Shown here: positions 61,941 to 64,000 of the stretch, in pieces
Layout: each line of letters starts with the position of its first letter
How positions within the stretch are numbered: position 1 is the stretch's first letter
From: Cyanobacteria bacterium J06626_4
GTDB lineage: Bacteria; Cyanobacteriota; Cyanobacteriia; Phormidesmidales; Phormidesmidaceae
Length of the DNA stretch: 64,000 nt
Reading direction: 5' to 3'
Assembly: GCA_038523235.1 (NCBI GenBank)
Contig: JBCBJQ010000013.1
Span: 27,915 to 91,914, forward strand
Notes under the pieces: model-generated
The model's input: the letters and a program-made list of their open reading frames with translations, nothing else
The model's database searches: none
Told to the model about the DNA's origin: nothing
Translations under genes and position numbers: made by a program

Positions 61941-63926
61941 ATGGCAGGGACTCCAGACGTCCTGATTGTAGGGGGCGGCATCATCGGGTTAGCGATCGCC
62001 CTCAGACTGCGACAAAATTCGCTCGCTGTGACGGTGCTCAGCCGCGACTTTGCCGAGGCCGCTAGCCACGTTGCCGCAGGCATGTTGGCCCCAGGCGCCG
62101 AGGCGTTGCCTGCTGGGCCACTACTGGACTTATCGCGCCAAAGTTTGCAGCGGTATCCCGATTGGGCTAAGAAGCTTGAAAGCTTGACCGGGCAAGATGT
62201 GGGCTACTGGCCCAGCGGCATTCTCGCGCCGCAGTGGACGCAGCCCCAGCCATTCGCCGCTACGCCCTCCTATACCGGACGCTGGTTAGACGCCGCCACC
62301 GCGCAGCATTATCAGCCGGGGCTGACGGACGCGATCGCCGGTGCCTGGTGGTATCCCGAAGAAGGTCAGGTGGATACTCGCGCTCTCGCCCGTGCCCTGC
62401 GCTTAGCCGTTCAAGATGCGGGTGTCGAAATTCAAGAAGACGTCACCGTCCAAGGCTTTATGCAACAGCAGGGACGGGTGCAGCAGGTACAAACCACGGC
62501 AGGCAACTTTCAAGCCGGGCACTATGTGCTGGCTACCGGGGCTTGGTCGAACGCGCTGCTGCCGATTCCGGTCTTTCCGGTGAAGGGGCAGATGGCCGCC
62601 GTGCAGGTGCCGCCCCACTACGGTCAAGCGCAGCCGCTGCAGCGAGTCTTGTTTGGCGCCGACGGCATTTACATCGTGCCCCGGCGTAATGGCCGCATTG
62701 TGTTGGGCGCGACCAGTGAATCGGTCGGCTTTACGCCGGGCATTACCGCAGCGGGCCTGGCGCACTTATTCCACAAAGCAGTGACGCTGTTTCCGGCCCT
62801 CAAAGATTTCCCCGTGCAGGAAACCTGGTGGGGCTTTCGTCCGACCACGCCTGATGAAGCGCCGATTTTAGGCCCGAGCGCCTGCGAAAATCTCACCTTG
62901 GCCACGGGACACCACCGCAATGGCATCTTGCTCATGCCGATTACCGCTGAACTGATCGCTGACGCGATCTTGGGTCGCCCGTCGCCTGTGCTAGACCCGT
63001 TTTCTTGGCAGCGGTTTGAACCCGCCGCCGCCGCTGTTTCTGTTCTGCCATCGCCGCTACCTATGCCCACTACCCATTCTCAACTCGTCCCTGCCCAGCC
63101 GCTTCCCCCCACGCATCAGCTGGGGGATGATCAAGAGGCCCCGCTCGTCATCGCCGGTCGGGAGTTTCGCTCGCGCTTGATGACCGGCAGCGGCAAATAT
63201 CGCGACTTCGACACCATGCGCCAGGCGATCGCCGCCAGCGGCAGCGAAATCATTACCGTCGCGGTGCGCCGGGTGCAAACCAATGCGCCAGGGCATGAAG
63301 GGCTAGCCGAAGCCTTAGACTGGTCGCGCCTGTGGATGCTGCCCAATACGGCAGGCTGCAAAACGGCGGAAGAAGCCGTCCGGGTGGCCCGTCTGGGCCG
63401 CGAAATGGCCAAACTGCTGGGGCAAGAAGACAACAATTTCATCAAGCTGGAAGTGATTCCCGACGCTCAGTACCTGCTGCCAGACCCGATTGGCACACTC
63501 GAAGCGGCTGAACAGTTGGTGCAAGAAGGATTCGCCGTGCTGCCCTACATCAACGCCGATCCGCTACTGGCCAAGCGATTGCAGGAAGCGGGCTGCGCCA
63601 CTGTCATGCCGCTAGGATCACCCATTGGTTCAGGTCAGGGCATTCGCAATGCTGCCAATATTCAGATCATTATTGAAAATGCTACCGTCCCTGTGGTCGT
63701 GGATGCGGGCATTGGGGCGCCCAGTGAAGCTGCAGCGGCGATGGAAATGGGTGCGGATGCACTGCTGGTCAACACCGCGATCGCCCAGGCGCAAGATCCA
63801 GTTCTTATGGGTCGAGCGATGGGGCTCGCAACCATCTCAGGACGGCTGGCTTATAGCTCGGGACGTATTCCCGTCAAGGCTTATGCCAGTGCCAGTTCGC
63901 CGCTCACCGGCAAGATTACCGATTAA
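61941..63926 (+). CDS. thiOG: Fused glycine oxidase ThiO / thiazole synthase ThiG
   Basis: [22 protein letters not shown] (ThiO); [36 protein letters not shown] (ThiG). Confidence 0.95.
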   Translation: MAGTPDVLIVGGGIIGLAIALRLRQNSLAVTVLSRDFAEAASHVAAGMLAPGAEALPAGPLLDLSRQSLQRYPDWAKKLESLTGQDVGYWPSGILAPQWTQPQPFAATPSYTGRWLDAATAQHYQPGLTDAIAGAWWYPEEGQVDTRALARALRLAVQDAGVEIQEDVTVQGFMQQQGRVQQVQTTAGNFQAGHYVLATGAWSNALLPIPVFPVKGQMAAVQVPPHYGQAQPLQRVLFGADGIYIVPRRNGRIVLGATSESVGFTPGITAAGLAHLFHKAVTLFPALKDFPVQETWWGFRPTTPDEAPILGPSACENLTLATGHHRNGILLMPITAELIADAILGRPSPVLDPFSWQRFEPAAAAVSVLPSPLPMPTTHSQLVPAQPLPPTHQLGDDQEAPLVIAGREFRSRLMTGSGKYRDFDTMRQAIAASGSEIITVAVRRVQTNAPGHEGLAEALDWSRLWMLPNTAGCKTAEEAVRVARLGREMAKLLGQEDNNFIKLEVIPDAQYLLPDPIGTLEAAEQLVQEGFAVLPYINADPLLAKRLQEAGCATVMPLGSPIGSGQGIRNAANIQIIIENATVPVVVDAGIGAPSEAAAAMEMGADALLVNTAIAQAQDPVLMGRAMGLATISGRLAYSSGRIPVKAYASASSPLTGKITD

Positions 63927-64000
63927 CGCGATGTGCAACTAAAAGATTGAGAAAAAGTTCCATCTCTGTAAGCTAGAGCTAGCGATAGTTCTAAGCACTT

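Larger units (their letters stand above)
1..64000. repeat. HIP1 octamer GCGATCGC dispersed throughout
   Basis: Very frequent in coding and non-coding DNA (seen, not counted). Confidence 0.95.

Noticed and set aside
61941..63926. thiO-thiG fusion as a novelty
   Set aside because: Known in cyanobacteria

Overview
Cyanobacterial chromosome segment: the HIP1 octamer GCGATCGC is abundant and the gene content (DUF760, DUF2470, Uma2, thiO-thiG fusion) fits. It is probably a filamentous Leptolyngbya-like strain (inference). The centrepiece is a ~25 kb co-directional locus (12408-37143) for a contractile injection system of the type anchored in thylakoids in Anabaena. It encodes a gp19-like tube, a giant repetitive protein, a tube initiator, VgrG, gp25, baseplate J, a tail-I protein, a DUF4159-like protein and two membrane-anchored crown-like proteins. 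No sheath, cap, AAA ATPase or PAAR gene is visible in the window. The locus carries unusual add-ons: a pseudokinase-TM-PBP protein, a Cache-HAMP-cNMP sensor with no output domain, and a beta-gamma-crystallin domain where the initiator usually has LysM. Its flanks hold a RAYT pseudogene with REP-like hairpins (left) and a MarR/SDR unit with an attC-like site, an IS630 remnant and a PecS/PecM detox cluster (right). The rest is mostly housekeeping and stress genes (amidohydrolase, threonine aldolase, msrAB, mutY, SpoIID, ProDH, orphan MTase, dps/Fur, thiOG). There are also three tandem membrane-protein paralogs and several structured intergenic elements. No rRNA, tRNA or CRISPR array was recognised. 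All family calls come from motif recognition by eye, not database searches.
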